Positions 19,773 to 29,544 of a stretch of 57,541 bases of DNA are shown here, piece after piece (the first letter of the stretch is position 1; every line of letters begins with the position of its first letter). Made by a program: the position numbers and the translations under genes. The notes beneath the pieces are model-generated. The model worked only from the letters and a program-made list of their open reading frames with translations. It searched no databases and had not been told where the DNA came from. Source of the DNA: a virus (taxonomy: Duplodnaviria; Heunggongvirae; Uroviricota; Caudoviricetes); IMG/VR virus record IMGVR_UViG_3300029935_000001, positions 265,867 to 323,407 of that record. One strand, 5' to 3'.

Positions 19773-20485
19773 TGCAAATCAAAGCCAACGTAGAGTACCT
19801 CAGAAAACAATCAATTCACATTTGCATGCCATGTTACGGTGGCCAGCTAACTGAATCTACTTTTATGAGCTTTATTAAGTGGAGTCAAACTGCTCATCAG
19901 CTAGGGTTATCGTGGACAATGGAAACCCTTACTAACGAATCTTTGATTTCGCGAGCCCGAAATACTCTTGCAGCAAAGTTCTTAGCTAACGAAAAAAGCA
20001 CCCATTTGCTGTTTGTTGACGCAGACATTGGTTGGGAGCCGTGGCACTTGATTGCATTGTTAATGCACGATGTTGACTTAGTCGGCGGCTTATACCCGAT
20101 GAAGACTTTACCTATTAAATGGGTAGTTAATGGATTGCCGGGCGCAGTTTCAAATGAAAACCAGCTACTCGAAGTGTCCAAAACTGGCACCGGGTTTATG
20201 TTAATCAAGCGCAATGTATTCGAGCAGATTGATTCGCACCCAGAAGTAGTACCATTTGTTTCCGACATTGGCCTGGACCCGAAATATAATTCTTACATGA
20301 AAACCTACTTTGACACTGCGGTACGAGAAGGTCGGTATTACTCAGAGGATTGGGATTTTTGCGAAAAGTTTCGAGACCAAGGCGGTCAAGTGTTTGTGGA
20401 CAAGCGCGTATTGCTAAAGCACTCGGGCACGTATGTGTTTTCTCAAGACAACAACGACTTGCTCCGAGAACAATTTAACAAGTAA
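19772..20485 (+). CDS. GT-A fold glycosyltransferase
   Basis: ESLISRARN, LLFVDADIGW (DxD), GTGFMLIKR, SEDWDFC. Confidence 0.8.
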   Translation: MQIKANVEYLRKQSIHICMPCYGGQLTESTFMSFIKWSQTAHQLGLSWTMETLTNESLISRARNTLAAKFLANEKSTHLLFVDADIGWEPWHLIALLMHDVDLVGGLYPMKTLPIKWVVNGLPGAVSNENQLLEVSKTGTGFMLIKRNVFEQIDSHPEVVPFVSDIGLDPKYNSYMKTYFDTAVREGRYYSEDWDFCEKFRDQGGQVFVDKRVLLKHSGTYVFSQDNNDLLREQFNK

Positions 20486-20492
20486 CACTCAA

Positions 20493-20515
20493 AGCTGCCT
20501 TAGGGCAGCTAAATA
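20493..20515 (+). promoter_or_regulatory. hairpin overlapping a late promoter
   Basis: AGCTGCC-TTAG-GGCAGCT stem; CTAAATA 20509-20515. Confidence 0.55.
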
Positions 20516-20520
20516 CTGGT

Positions 20521-23500
20521 ATGAACATCTTAGAATTAGATTCCTACCAACTTGTTGATCCCGTTCAGTTTAACGACGAACTAAACCCTCGCTTGTTTGA
20601 TGGCAAAAAGTTAAGACCAGACATCCGCGATCAACTACTTGTAATTGCGCAAGACTTTCAAAGTTTCCTTGGAGTAACTGGTCTTAACCTCAAAGACATT
20701 ACTATTTCAGGGTCAAATGCAGCGTACTCGTATACTTCAGGGTCCGACCTCGACTTACACTTAGTAGTCGACCTACCCGAAGCTGACCGCTCCGAAGTTT
20801 TTCGCGAACTGTTTGATGCCAAGAAGTATCAGTATAATGATCAATACGAGATCACTATAAAAGGCATCCCGGTTGAGCTGTACGTTCAAAACGCCAACGT
20901 CAAACAAGTGTCTCAGGGCATATACTCAGTGCTCAACGACGAGTGGGTGTCTATGCCAAAGCAACAAGCGCCTGCTGCCAATGATATTTCCGTTCAGTCG
21001 CGAGTTGAAACAGCAATGGCTCGCAGCGAATCTGCAATTCGTTCTCGTGACAAAGGCGCTATTGATGCGCTACTCACCAAACTCCACGCAATGAGGCGCG
21101 CCGGGTTAGAACAAGGCGGCGAGTACTCGCCAGAGAACTTAGCGTATAAAACCCTTCGCGCCAACAATGTAATCGATCGACTGTATCGTGCCCGTAATCA
21201 AGCAAAATCAAAAAAGCTTTCATTAGAAAGCAGCAAGACACCTGCAGATTACGGGTGGGTCGGCGACGCGGTTGCTAAAGAGCAATCGCCAACCAACTCA
21301 GCTGCACCCAAAGAAACTACTACTGCAATATCGCCGCGGCAGCTAGCAGCGCAATTTAGAAACCAAATAGCCGCAAAATATCCCGGAGTGACCGCCGATT
21401 TATTTGCTGCAACACACGGCGGTCTTCACCTTAGTAAAATTGAAATCCCCAAAAACCAACGGAGACTAGGCACTGCTACCGAAATCCTTAAAGGAATTGT
21501 TGCACTAGCCGATAGATACCAGCTAGTGGTATCGTTGTCGCCGACCAACGAATTTGGCACTCCTAAGACCGTATTGATTGAATTTTACAAGCGGTTTGGC
21601 TTTGTCTTCAACCGGGGCAAAAACAAAAACTATCGAGTCTCTGAAGCGATGTATCGCGAGCCTCGCACGCTGGCAGAATGTGCGGGGCGAATCACCCCGC
21701 AGAACCAAACAGCGGACGTTGGCCCCAACGAGATTAAAACACAGGCCGCCAAGTTTGGCAACGTGGTCGATCGTGACGGCTATCCTGCGCGCACAATGAC
21801 TGATCGTGTGCCACGAGCGACCGAGGCTCGGTCGCTCGCAACTGCAGCCGACTTGCGCGAACACTGCGTAGCCGGCAACCGATATCTGTCCGAAAACTAC
21901 ACTCAAGAAAAGCTGATATCGTCTACTGCGGCGATATACCCAATAAGAGATTTTCCAGTATACGATGCAAACGGCGTTGTAGACGGCATGGCTAGTGTTG
22001 AGCGACATTTACTGCTTTCGGAAGGAGCAGAATCCGACCTCGACATTAATTTGGTTAACTTTTTAAAGAGCCTTGCGTCGCTATCAAAGCCGGTGATTGG
22101 CAAGAGACATATTACAGTGCTCTTATCAGTAATAGGAAACCAGCTGCACCTTAATAACCCGGTTGAGCTAACCACCTTTGAGCAAAGTGCAATCGAAGAC
22201 GGGGTTAAAGTTGTGCTATTACGGCCTGCAAACGGCCCATCGTTTAAGTTTCCACGATTATACTTACGATCGAAGAGTTTTTGGGCACCGTTCTTGTTTA
22301 GGTCCACTAATAGTTATAATCAATTCAGAACTGCCTTATCGCTAAAAACGTCAATTTCACTTCCAGATATTGCTAGCCTCAGCAAACCCAGCTCGTTTGA
22401 AGTTAATACGCCGTTGCGTGAGGCCGGCGAGGGTGCTGAAGTAAACTCCTCGCGTCTGTCAGTGCCAGTTCAGCGCATGCTTCGCCGGGCGCGCGTTAAA
22501 TTTCCATATGCTAAAACTGACACCGAAGCCTTCTTGAGCTTGATGAACAAGAATGTTAAAGACGTTCGGCAGCAGGTGCAGGATGTTGATCGAGAAAATC
22601 AAGTCCAGCAGCAAGAAATCGACCAGCTCGACAGCGAAACCAACAACCTCGAACACGAAGTTGAAATTGACCTTCGCAGAGAAATCGAGCAGCTCGAGCG
22701 CGATAAACAAGCACTAGCGGCTAAAAATCAACAGCAAGATACTGCTATACAAATCCTAAACACGCACCGGCGCCGCGAAGTTGACACGCTAACTGCTGAA
22801 ATTACCAAGTTATGGAAAGCGTTTAAAAAGCAACCTGTAACAGAAGCCGTGGAAGACCTATACGAAGTTAATATGTCGCCGGGTGTGCTAAGACAGTGGG
22901 CAAACTCTTCAGCAGCACAAGGCATCCGGCTAGGATTTGAGGCGGAGCTGGTCTTTCCGGGATACGGCGCCGGCGGGGATGAATACGAGGATTGGCGCGA
23001 CACTCGAGTTGAGTCCATTGAACAAATTGCTAGCATGTTCCCTGACGACTACCACGACCAGTACAATCTCGATAAAGCACTGCGCGCTCTTGAAGACGAG
23101 TACGATAGTTATGTTACCGAAGTTCGAGTTAGCCAATCTGACGAGTATGCCGCTGAGGCGTGGGTTGAACACCGTTTCCAAAACGATTGGGAAGAGTTCC
23201 GTGACGAGTGGATACGCAACGAAGCGAGTGATGATGGGCTTTCCGAAGAGGAAATCGACGAGCTTCTCGATAACACACATTCGCGCGAGTATCGCAATTA
23301 TAGAATAAGTGCCCGCGAGGAGTTTGACCGCACAGTCCAAGACGAAATAGACTCCGGCGATGGCGAATACGGTCGTTTTGTCCAACAATACCAAGCTAAC
23401 GTGGATGTTGACAGTTTTGAAGATTGGGCATTAAACGAAGGGTACGACACAATAGGTGATTTTATGCGCTACTTCCGATTAGACTATCCAGAAATCCCCG

Positions 23501-24663
23501 AAGGGGCTGGTCAAAGCTATTCGGAAGCAGAAGCCAGTCGCTTAGCGACTGATCTCGGAAAACTAACTGGCGAGGATTACGTTGTTCTAAGCGGATACCA
23601 CACTGCAGACAAAGATGTCAACAAGTGGTACATCGAGAACGACGGGTCTATTGAGGTACCCGATGATATGCAGCATGCGATGCCGGTTGAGATTGTGTCG
23701 CCTGCGTTACCGCTAGACCAAGCATTAGACGCGATGTCTGTGTTCTTCAATGCTACTCGCAGGATGGGCGCAATTTCAAACCGGTCAACCGGCTTTCATA
23801 TGTCCTTGTCGATCGATCAAGGCCCGCTAGCAAATAAGCGACCAAATTACCTAAAGTTAGTTTTGTTTACCGGCGACGAGTATGTGCTCGACCAATTCTC
23901 TCGAGCATCTAACAAATATGCTATGTCGGCAGGTAAGCAGCTTGCCCGGGTAGATCCACTCGACACCGCTAAGGCCGCACAGATTATTGAGATGTTCCGC
24001 AAAGGGTTAACTGACTTAGCAGCTAACGCATTTGTTCAGGCTAATGCTACCCGATACTCAGCAGTTAATATGAAAGATAACTACGTTGAATTCCGAGCAG
24101 CAGGCGGAGCCAATTATTCTAACGACGTTAATAAGCTTATACAAACTGCATATCGTTATGCCTACGCGTATGCCATTGCAGTCGACGAAAACGCTTATCG
24201 CAACGAGTTTGCTAAGAAGCTGTATAAGTTCATCTCAGACTTCCGCTTGCCAGTTCATGCCGACACTGTGCAACTATTTGCTAACTACGCCGTTGATAAG
24301 AACGTAGCAGCACTAAAGCAAGGGTTAGCAATGTATCGCGGACGTCGACACCAACCTGACGTACAAAGACTGGTACGGTTATTGTTTGATACAGCAATCA
24401 ACACATTAACCACTTACACCGATAACTGGCGCTCGCGGGGAACATGGCGGCCTGTTGACGACGAAGTATTACGCCCGATCCTTGCGCAATGGCAAGCCGC
24501 GTCTGCCACAGAAACCTCTGGGGCTGCGCAAACTATTATACGCGATTTAAACTCATTAGTTAACAGCCAAGCACTCGAGCAGCAAACGATGCGAATACTA
24601 CGCGACGAGATCTTCGACGAGTTTGGCGCAGCAGCTCGTGAACAAGGGCTAATGCAACAGTAA
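20521..24663 (+). CDS. 1380-aa multidomain protein: Pol-beta-type nucleotidyltransferase, GNAT, coiled coil, amidoligase-like domain
   Basis: SGSNAAY..SDLDLH; NQRRLGTATEIL..FYKRFGF; GFEAE..ENDGSI..EIVSP..TGFHM..RYSAVN..VEFRAAGG. Confidence 0.75.
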   Translation: MNILELDSYQLVDPVQFNDELNPRLFDGKKLRPDIRDQLLVIAQDFQSFLGVTGLNLKDITISGSNAAYSYTSGSDLDLHLVVDLPEADRSEVFRELFDAKKYQYNDQYEITIKGIPVELYVQNANVKQVSQGIYSVLNDEWVSMPKQQAPAANDISVQSRVETAMARSESAIRSRDKGAIDALLTKLHAMRRAGLEQGGEYSPENLAYKTLRANNVIDRLYRARNQAKSKKLSLESSKTPADYGWVGDAVAKEQSPTNSAAPKETTTAISPRQLAAQFRNQIAAKYPGVTADLFAATHGGLHLSKIEIPKNQRRLGTATEILKGIVALADRYQLVVSLSPTNEFGTPKTVLIEFYKRFGFVFNRGKNKNYRVSEAMYREPRTLAECAGRITPQNQTADVGPNEIKTQAAKFGNVVDRDGYPARTMTDRVPRATEARSLATAADLREHCVAGNRYLSENYTQEKLISSTAAIYPIRDFPVYDANGVVDGMASVERHLLLSEGAESDLDINLVNFLKSLASLSKPVIGKRHITVLLSVIGNQLHLNNPVELTTFEQSAIEDGVKVVLLRPANGPSFKFPRLYLRSKSFWAPFLFRSTNSYNQFRTALSLKTSISLPDIASLSKPSSFEVNTPLREAGEGAEVNSSRLSVPVQRMLRRARVKFPYAKTDTEAFLSLMNKNVKDVRQQVQDVDRENQVQQQEIDQLDSETNNLEHEVEIDLRREIEQLERDKQALAAKNQQQDTAIQILNTHRRREVDTLTAEITKLWKAFKKQPVTEAVEDLYEVNMSPGVLRQWANSSAAQGIRLGFEAELVFPGYGAGGDEYEDWRDTRVESIEQIASMFPDDYHDQYNLDKALRALEDEYDSYVTEVRVSQSDEYAAEAWVEHRFQNDWEEFRDEWIRNEASDDGLSEEEIDELLDNTHSREYRNYRISAREEFDRTVQDEIDSGDGEYGRFVQQYQANVDVDSFEDWALNEGYDTIGDFMRYFRLDYPEIPEGAGQSYSEAEASRLATDLGKLTGEDYVVLSGYHTADKDVNKWYIENDGSIEVPDDMQHAMPVEIVSPALPLDQALDAMSVFFNATRRMGAISNRSTGFHMSLSIDQGPLANKRPNYLKLVLFTGDEYVLDQFSRASNKYAMSAGKQLARVDPLDTAKAAQIIEMFRKGLTDLAANAFVQANATRYSAVNMKDNYVEFRAAGGANYSNDVNKLIQTAYRYAYAYAIAVDENAYRNEFAKKLYKFISDFRLPVHADTVQLFANYAVDKNVAALKQGLAMYRGRRHQPDVQRLVRLLFDTAINTLTTYTDNWRSRGTWRPVDDEVLRPILAQWQAASATETSGAAQTIIRDLNSLVNSQALEQQTMRILRDEIFDEFGAAAREQGLMQQ

Positions 24664-24683
24664 ACCGATAACGCATAGCGTAG

Positions 24684-24690
24684 GTAAATA
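24684..24690 (+). promoter_or_regulatory. late-type promoter heading the tagged-gene array
   Basis: GTAAATA 7 nt before ATG 24698. Confidence 0.6.
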
Positions 24691-24697
24691 CTACACT

Positions 24698-25585
24698 ATG
24701 CGTTATTCTGAATTATTTGAAGCTGTTTCGCAGCAAATATTCCATTACACTAGCATTCACAATGCTTATCGGATCCTGGCTCAACGGCGGTTTAAGTTGT
24801 CACCTGCAGGCGGAACTGACTCTGAGGTTGCCCATCAGCGTGGCAAGCTGTATTTTTTATCCACAGCGAGATCTCCTGCTGCGGACTATACCGTCCAGTC
24901 TGCTTACTACTATGGGGTTGTGTTTAACCTCAACGGTGACTGGCTAAACCAGCGACACAAGGGCGCGGCTGTAGACTACTGGGAGCGTATGTGGGCATCT
25001 GGCCAAGGGCGCACCTCCGAGCAAGAAGATCGCGTTCTCTCTGATAAGCCTTATATTGAATTCCCCAAGAGCACCACTGCGCTGATCAGCGCAGTTCACA
25101 TTTTAGTAAGGCCCGTCGAGCGAGACTTCCAAGACCGGTATGCTGGTACGTTGCGAGGGCTTATTTTTGAGGCCAAGCGACAGGGCATACCGGTCTTTGT
25201 CTACGAGACTGTCAACGACTGGCTAGTTCAAGACACACGAAAAAGCGTGCTGACTACCGAGTATATAAAGGCGCTAACCGGCGAGCGGCCAAAGCCTTAC
25301 GTGTCGCGGTACTCATCGCGCGACGACTTTGAGAAATACCGTGAGATGTATTACAAGCACACCATAGATTCACTCTCCAAAGCAGCTCGCGATGAGGTGT
25401 GGAAGATGCTATCATACAGTGACCGCGGGCGCGTTTTAGATAATGATATCCACAATAGCAAGAAGGATGCCCCAGAAGGGTTGGCCAAGCTGCTCGCTAT
25501 CTTCAAGCGGCTTGGTGTGCGTACCGGCAGCCAGTTTGTGACTGCTATGACAGAAAAATGGAAGGCCATTACTAATGCGCGCTAA
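24698..25585 (+). CDS. putative capsid-internal protein (tag MRYSELFE)
   Basis: CTS-like N-terminus; FHYT..FKLS..YFLSTAR segments could be a divergent ADP-ribosyltransferase-like fold (weak). Confidence 0.65.
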   Translation: MRYSELFEAVSQQIFHYTSIHNAYRILAQRRFKLSPAGGTDSEVAHQRGKLYFLSTARSPAADYTVQSAYYYGVVFNLNGDWLNQRHKGAAVDYWERMWASGQGRTSEQEDRVLSDKPYIEFPKSTTALISAVHILVRPVERDFQDRYAGTLRGLIFEAKRQGIPVFVYETVNDWLVQDTRKSVLTTEYIKALTGERPKPYVSRYSSRDDFEKYREMYYKHTIDSLSKAARDEVWKMLSYSDRGRVLDNDIHNSKKDAPEGLAKLLAIFKRLGVRTGSQFVTAMTEKWKAITNAR

Positions 25586-26723
25586 CGAAATATTAACAGA
25601 ACTATTCACTCAGCCATACCCTTATCGGTTTGGCTCAACTGGCAACTGGGCCGAGTTTAAAGCAGCAGACGGCAGCGACGTCGAAGTTCGTTTTAACAAA
25701 TTTAATGACTACCGCGTCATTAACATTTCATTTGAACGAAATGGGCGCTATTCGCTGACTGGAGCTGGCGATTCATTCAAGATTATGGCCACTGTAGTTA
25801 AGATTGTCGGCGAGTGGATCCAAAGCAAAACCCCACCGATTATTATGTTCACTGCTGACTTAGACGAACCGAGTCGCGTCCAGTTATATGCTCGTTTAAC
25901 ACAGAAATTAATTCAACAGTTTGGCTACACGGATATATCCGGGCACTCAAAGAAGCTGGCCAACAAAGAGTTAGCTGCGGTAGTAGCAGCTATGTATTGG
26001 GATCACAGTGAGGAAAAGCGGGTATTCTTCCTCGCACGCCAAGACATGCTGGCGAAACCTGCTGCGCCAATTTCCGAAGCTCCGTTACCGCCAGACTGGG
26101 ACGAGCAGGCTATGGTGGCACGAAAAGGCACAACCATAAAGAGCAGGCTCCAGTATGCGCTTGAACGGGCACAGCGCTTAGGGGCAGGGTCAAGCCGCGT
26201 GGCAATGATCATCCCATACCAGGGTCGCGAGACGGTGCTCAAGGTCGCCAAGAACCGAAAAGGACTGGCGCAAAACGCTGAGGAAGTTAGCATCCTCAAC
26301 GACGGGTACTTTAGCCAACAAGGCATCTTGATCCCGCTGATCGACTATGCCGAGGGCCCGGAGGTGACCTGGCTACAGACTGAGCTCGCACAGAAGATCC
26401 CCGATAATCGGGCGTTGACTAATCTTCTCGGCGCCGATATTCGCATGGTGCTCGAGTATGTTAAGACGTACAGCGGAAAGTTTCGATACAGCCGAGCCAA
26501 CAATGTCGAGCAGTATCGAGAGATCATCATGAAGGAAGTTCTTCCTGGCCGCGAAGAAGACTTTATCACGCTAGCCGAACAGCTATATGACCTGCAGCAA
26601 GGCAGCGCCTTGGATTTAGATGATTTGTACCAAGAAGCAAACTGGGGCGTTTACCAAGGTCGCCCTGTTATTATTGACGCCGGTTACGCTGGCTCAGTGA
26701 TACCTATGTACCGGATGAGGTAA
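25575..26723 (+). CDS. putative capsid-internal protein: paralog-family domain plus protein-kinase-like domain
   Basis: MRANEILTE; LGAGSSRVA, VLKVAK, QNAEE, DDLYQEANWG, IIDAG. Confidence 0.75.
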   Translation: MRANEILTELFTQPYPYRFGSTGNWAEFKAADGSDVEVRFNKFNDYRVINISFERNGRYSLTGAGDSFKIMATVVKIVGEWIQSKTPPIIMFTADLDEPSRVQLYARLTQKLIQQFGYTDISGHSKKLANKELAAVVAAMYWDHSEEKRVFFLARQDMLAKPAAPISEAPLPPDWDEQAMVARKGTTIKSRLQYALERAQRLGAGSSRVAMIIPYQGRETVLKVAKNRKGLAQNAEEVSILNDGYFSQQGILIPLIDYAEGPEVTWLQTELAQKIPDNRALTNLLGADIRMVLEYVKTYSGKFRYSRANNVEQYREIIMKEVLPGREEDFITLAEQLYDLQQGSALDLDDLYQEANWGVYQGRPVIIDAGYAGSVIPMYRMR

Positions 26724-26728
26724 CTGTA

Positions 26729-27178
26729 ATGTTAGCATACGAAATATTTGAGTCAGACGCCGAGCATGCTGCGGCTTTGGAGAAGACAGGCTTTTGGGGC
26801 AAGCAAGCCGCGGGCTGTATCTTTTTAGCGCGCGACACTGGGCGCTACCTTATTGCGCACCGCTCGCCGTACGTTCAAGAGCCCAACACTTGGGGCACGT
26901 GGGGCGGCGCCATTGACTCGGGCGAGAATCCAGAAACTGCGCTAAAACGTGAGATTGCCGAAGAGGCTGGCTATCACGGTCCTTTGTTACTCAAGCACCT
27001 TTGGACGTTCAAGCATAGCTCAGGGTTTCAGTACCATAACTACTTAGCAGTGGTCGCTACTGAGTTTGAGCCGCAGCTCGACTGGGAAACCCAGGGTTTT
27101 GCTTGGGTAGAGAAGGGCGACTGGCCGCAGCCGATTCACCCAGGATTTGCGCAACTTTTAAAGAACACAAGACTATGA
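26729..27178 (+). CDS. Nudix hydrolase (tag MLAYEIFE)
   Basis: Nudix box GGAIDSGENPETALKREIAEEAG. Confidence 0.9.
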   Translation: MLAYEIFESDAEHAAALEKTGFWGKQAAGCIFLARDTGRYLIAHRSPYVQEPNTWGTWGGAIDSGENPETALKREIAEEAGYHGPLLLKHLWTFKHSSGFQYHNYLAVVATEFEPQLDWETQGFAWVEKGDWPQPIHPGFAQLLKNTRL

Positions 27179-27555
27179 AAATTAACGAAATCGTCAACGA
27201 AGGCATTATTGATTATTTAAAACGGCTGTTGTTTAAGAAAAAACAAAATAACCCGACATACGTTCCTGTGACCCCAGAGCAACGAGACCTAATTAAATCA
27301 GTTTTTGCTGATTCAAACGCACATATTAAACTAACGCCCGATGGCGATTACGTGTTGCCTTATAATGTCCATGCTCGGTTAGGCGCCGCGGCGATCGCGT
27401 TTTACAGTCTAGACGGACAGCTAATGGCATCAGTTGCGCATTACCGCAATGCCAGGTTTAAGCACACTGACCGACCAGTCATTCACTCCGACCACGCAAT
27501 TAATAGTGTTGCTGATTTAGAAAAGCTAAAGGCCCAGTTAAATGAGAGCCACTGA
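27175..27555 (+). CDS. putative capsid-internal protein (tag MKINEIVNE)
   Basis: ATG 27175 overlaps the upstream stop. Confidence 0.65.
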   Translation: MKINEIVNEGIIDYLKRLLFKKKQNNPTYVPVTPEQRDLIKSVFADSNAHIKLTPDGDYVLPYNVHARLGAAAIAFYSLDGQLMASVAHYRNARFKHTDRPVIHSDHAINSVADLEKLKAQLNESH

Positions 27556-28978
27556 ATTTTTAGCCGAGTATAAACGCGACATTACTGCGCAAAACTATGC
27601 TCAATCGCTAGTAGATCGCATTAGTAAAGACCCGTCTATGGCTAGCGAATACCAAGGTCTTGCTGATTCAACATTAGAGCAACAATTAACCATCGTTGAC
27701 GGAATTTTAAAAAACTTTTTTGAAGTAGCTGACCCTACTCAGAATAAGCAATATGTTCGATGGTTAGTTCGCATGTATGCGAACGGACAGATCAAGCGAA
27801 TCGAGGACGTTACAGCATCAGTGGCGCCAGTGTTAGAAAAATATCACCGCCTAAAGAGCAGGAACTTGCTGCCCGCCCACATTCGAGATATCAATCAATT
27901 TAAAACTATTACACAGTTTTATAACGCCGTCGGGAACTTAGAAGAACCTGCTGCTGAGTTAAAAGATAAAGGCACTGCAGAAGAAGTATTTCGCAACAAC
28001 GAAATGCGGATTATTAAGCCTATTGACCAAGCTGCCGCTTGCTACTACGGACAAGGAACTCGCTGGTGCACGGCTGCTACTAACGCGCGCAATATGTTTA
28101 ACAACTATAACAGCGATGGTCCATTGTATATTGTAGTGCCTGCTCAAGCGAAACACCCAGGCGAAAAATATCAACTTCACTTCCAGTCGGAACAGTATAT
28201 GGACGAAAAGGATGATCCAGTGAATTTAAACTGGCTAATCAACGAGCGGTTTCCATCACTGAAAGAAATAGTAGTTCAATTGGCAGGCGATCCAAACTTT
28301 GCGTTCTCTATGCACTTGCTGTCAGATTCAAAGTTTGACAGCATTCTCGCACAGTGCGCCGACTTAGCCGAAATGGTGATCCGGAAAGTCTCCGAAGATC
28401 CAGAAATACTCGACGACCATTACCATGCTCGACGATTACATTCGTTTTTGATGGTCATCGAGGATCGTATTAATTCCAATGTATCACGCAAAGATATTGA
28501 GTGGACGTTTGATGAACACAGTTATTCGCACGAATACTCAAGCACCGTTGCAGATATTCCTATGCTATATTATCGATACCTGCAGGACGGAGAAAAAGAA
28601 TTATATTATCAATACAATTATCCTCGCGACTGGTTTAATGTTGATATTAAGCCTTTTTATACAGCTTTTAAATCATTCAGTGACCGCTTACGCGCAGCAA
28701 TCAACAGCGGCGAGTATGTGGTAGAAAGCTCAATAGCCTGGCGGCGCACGGGCAAGCGTATTAAGCCAAAGTTTCGGTGTAGTAGCGGGCCCCGGGCCGG
28801 TCGTGTGGTCTCGGACCTTGCGCAGTGCAGCGAGCACCCCAACCCAGCTCGAGCTGCTAAGATGAAACTAACCCGGGCACGCACCAAGATACGTGCTGCC
28901 AAACGAGCCAAGAAAACCAAGCGTGTTAATCCATTTTCAAAGCTAATACAAGCGCTGAACAAGGCAAGGAAAAAATGA
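27542..28978 (+). CDS. putative capsid-internal protein, PcfJ-like central domain and basic C-terminal module
   Basis: MRATEFLAE; AACYYGQGTRWCTAA..FNNY...GPLYIV; K/R-rich tail after VVE. Confidence 0.65.
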   Translation: MRATEFLAEYKRDITAQNYAQSLVDRISKDPSMASEYQGLADSTLEQQLTIVDGILKNFFEVADPTQNKQYVRWLVRMYANGQIKRIEDVTASVAPVLEKYHRLKSRNLLPAHIRDINQFKTITQFYNAVGNLEEPAAELKDKGTAEEVFRNNEMRIIKPIDQAAACYYGQGTRWCTAATNARNMFNNYNSDGPLYIVVPAQAKHPGEKYQLHFQSEQYMDEKDDPVNLNWLINERFPSLKEIVVQLAGDPNFAFSMHLLSDSKFDSILAQCADLAEMVIRKVSEDPEILDDHYHARRLHSFLMVIEDRINSNVSRKDIEWTFDEHSYSHEYSSTVADIPMLYYRYLQDGEKELYYQYNYPRDWFNVDIKPFYTAFKSFSDRLRAAINSGEYVVESSIAWRRTGKRIKPKFRCSSGPRAGRVVSDLAQCSEHPNPARAAKMKLTRARTKIRAAKRAKKTKRVNPFSKLIQALNKARKK

Positions 28979-29544
28979 GAGCCGAAGAGTTTTTACTCGA
29001 AATAGGGTACGCCACCGAACTGGGCCCGCTGTCAATTGGCTACTCAGAATTAACGCAGCACGCAGTTGAAGTGGGTAACATAGACCAAAGCCCGGTATTT
29101 TTGTACGAGACTAATAATCAAGAACTATTTTTTTTACAATACGAAGATAAAATTGCTGCATTTGCACTAATAACCGATAATCAATTCCTCCGTGGTATTA
29201 CTTCGATTACTAAAAAGAAAGGCGTAATTACTGCTTTGATCACTTTTATTGTGAGGAAGTTAGGGAGACGACTAATTATTAGCAAAGACGAAGGGCTAAC
29301 CAGCCAAGGATTACAGTGGTTACAAAACATTATTAAAAGCGGTGGCCGCGGCCTGCGGTTTACTACAGCAGGTAACCCCGTTGATCTATCGCAACTGTCG
29401 AAGGAATGGGCGCAATCTATCGAAACCGACGTACCAGGGCCCACCGAGATTATAATCGAAGGCACACTATTGACAGAAGCACAGTTTAACCCCCCGCTGT
29501 TAATGACACTGCGTAAATACATCGGAGACACTGCAAACTTATGA
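28975..29544 (+). CDS. putative capsid-internal protein, possible GNAT-like fold
   Basis: MRAEEFLLE; KKGVITAL..LIISKDEGLTSQGLQW. Confidence 0.6.
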   Translation: MRAEEFLLEIGYATELGPLSIGYSELTQHAVEVGNIDQSPVFLYETNNQELFFLQYEDKIAAFALITDNQFLRGITSITKKKGVITALITFIVRKLGRRLIISKDEGLTSQGLQWLQNIIKSGGRGLRFTTAGNPVDLSQLSKEWAQSIETDVPGPTEIIIEGTLLTEAQFNPPLLMTLRKYIGDTANL

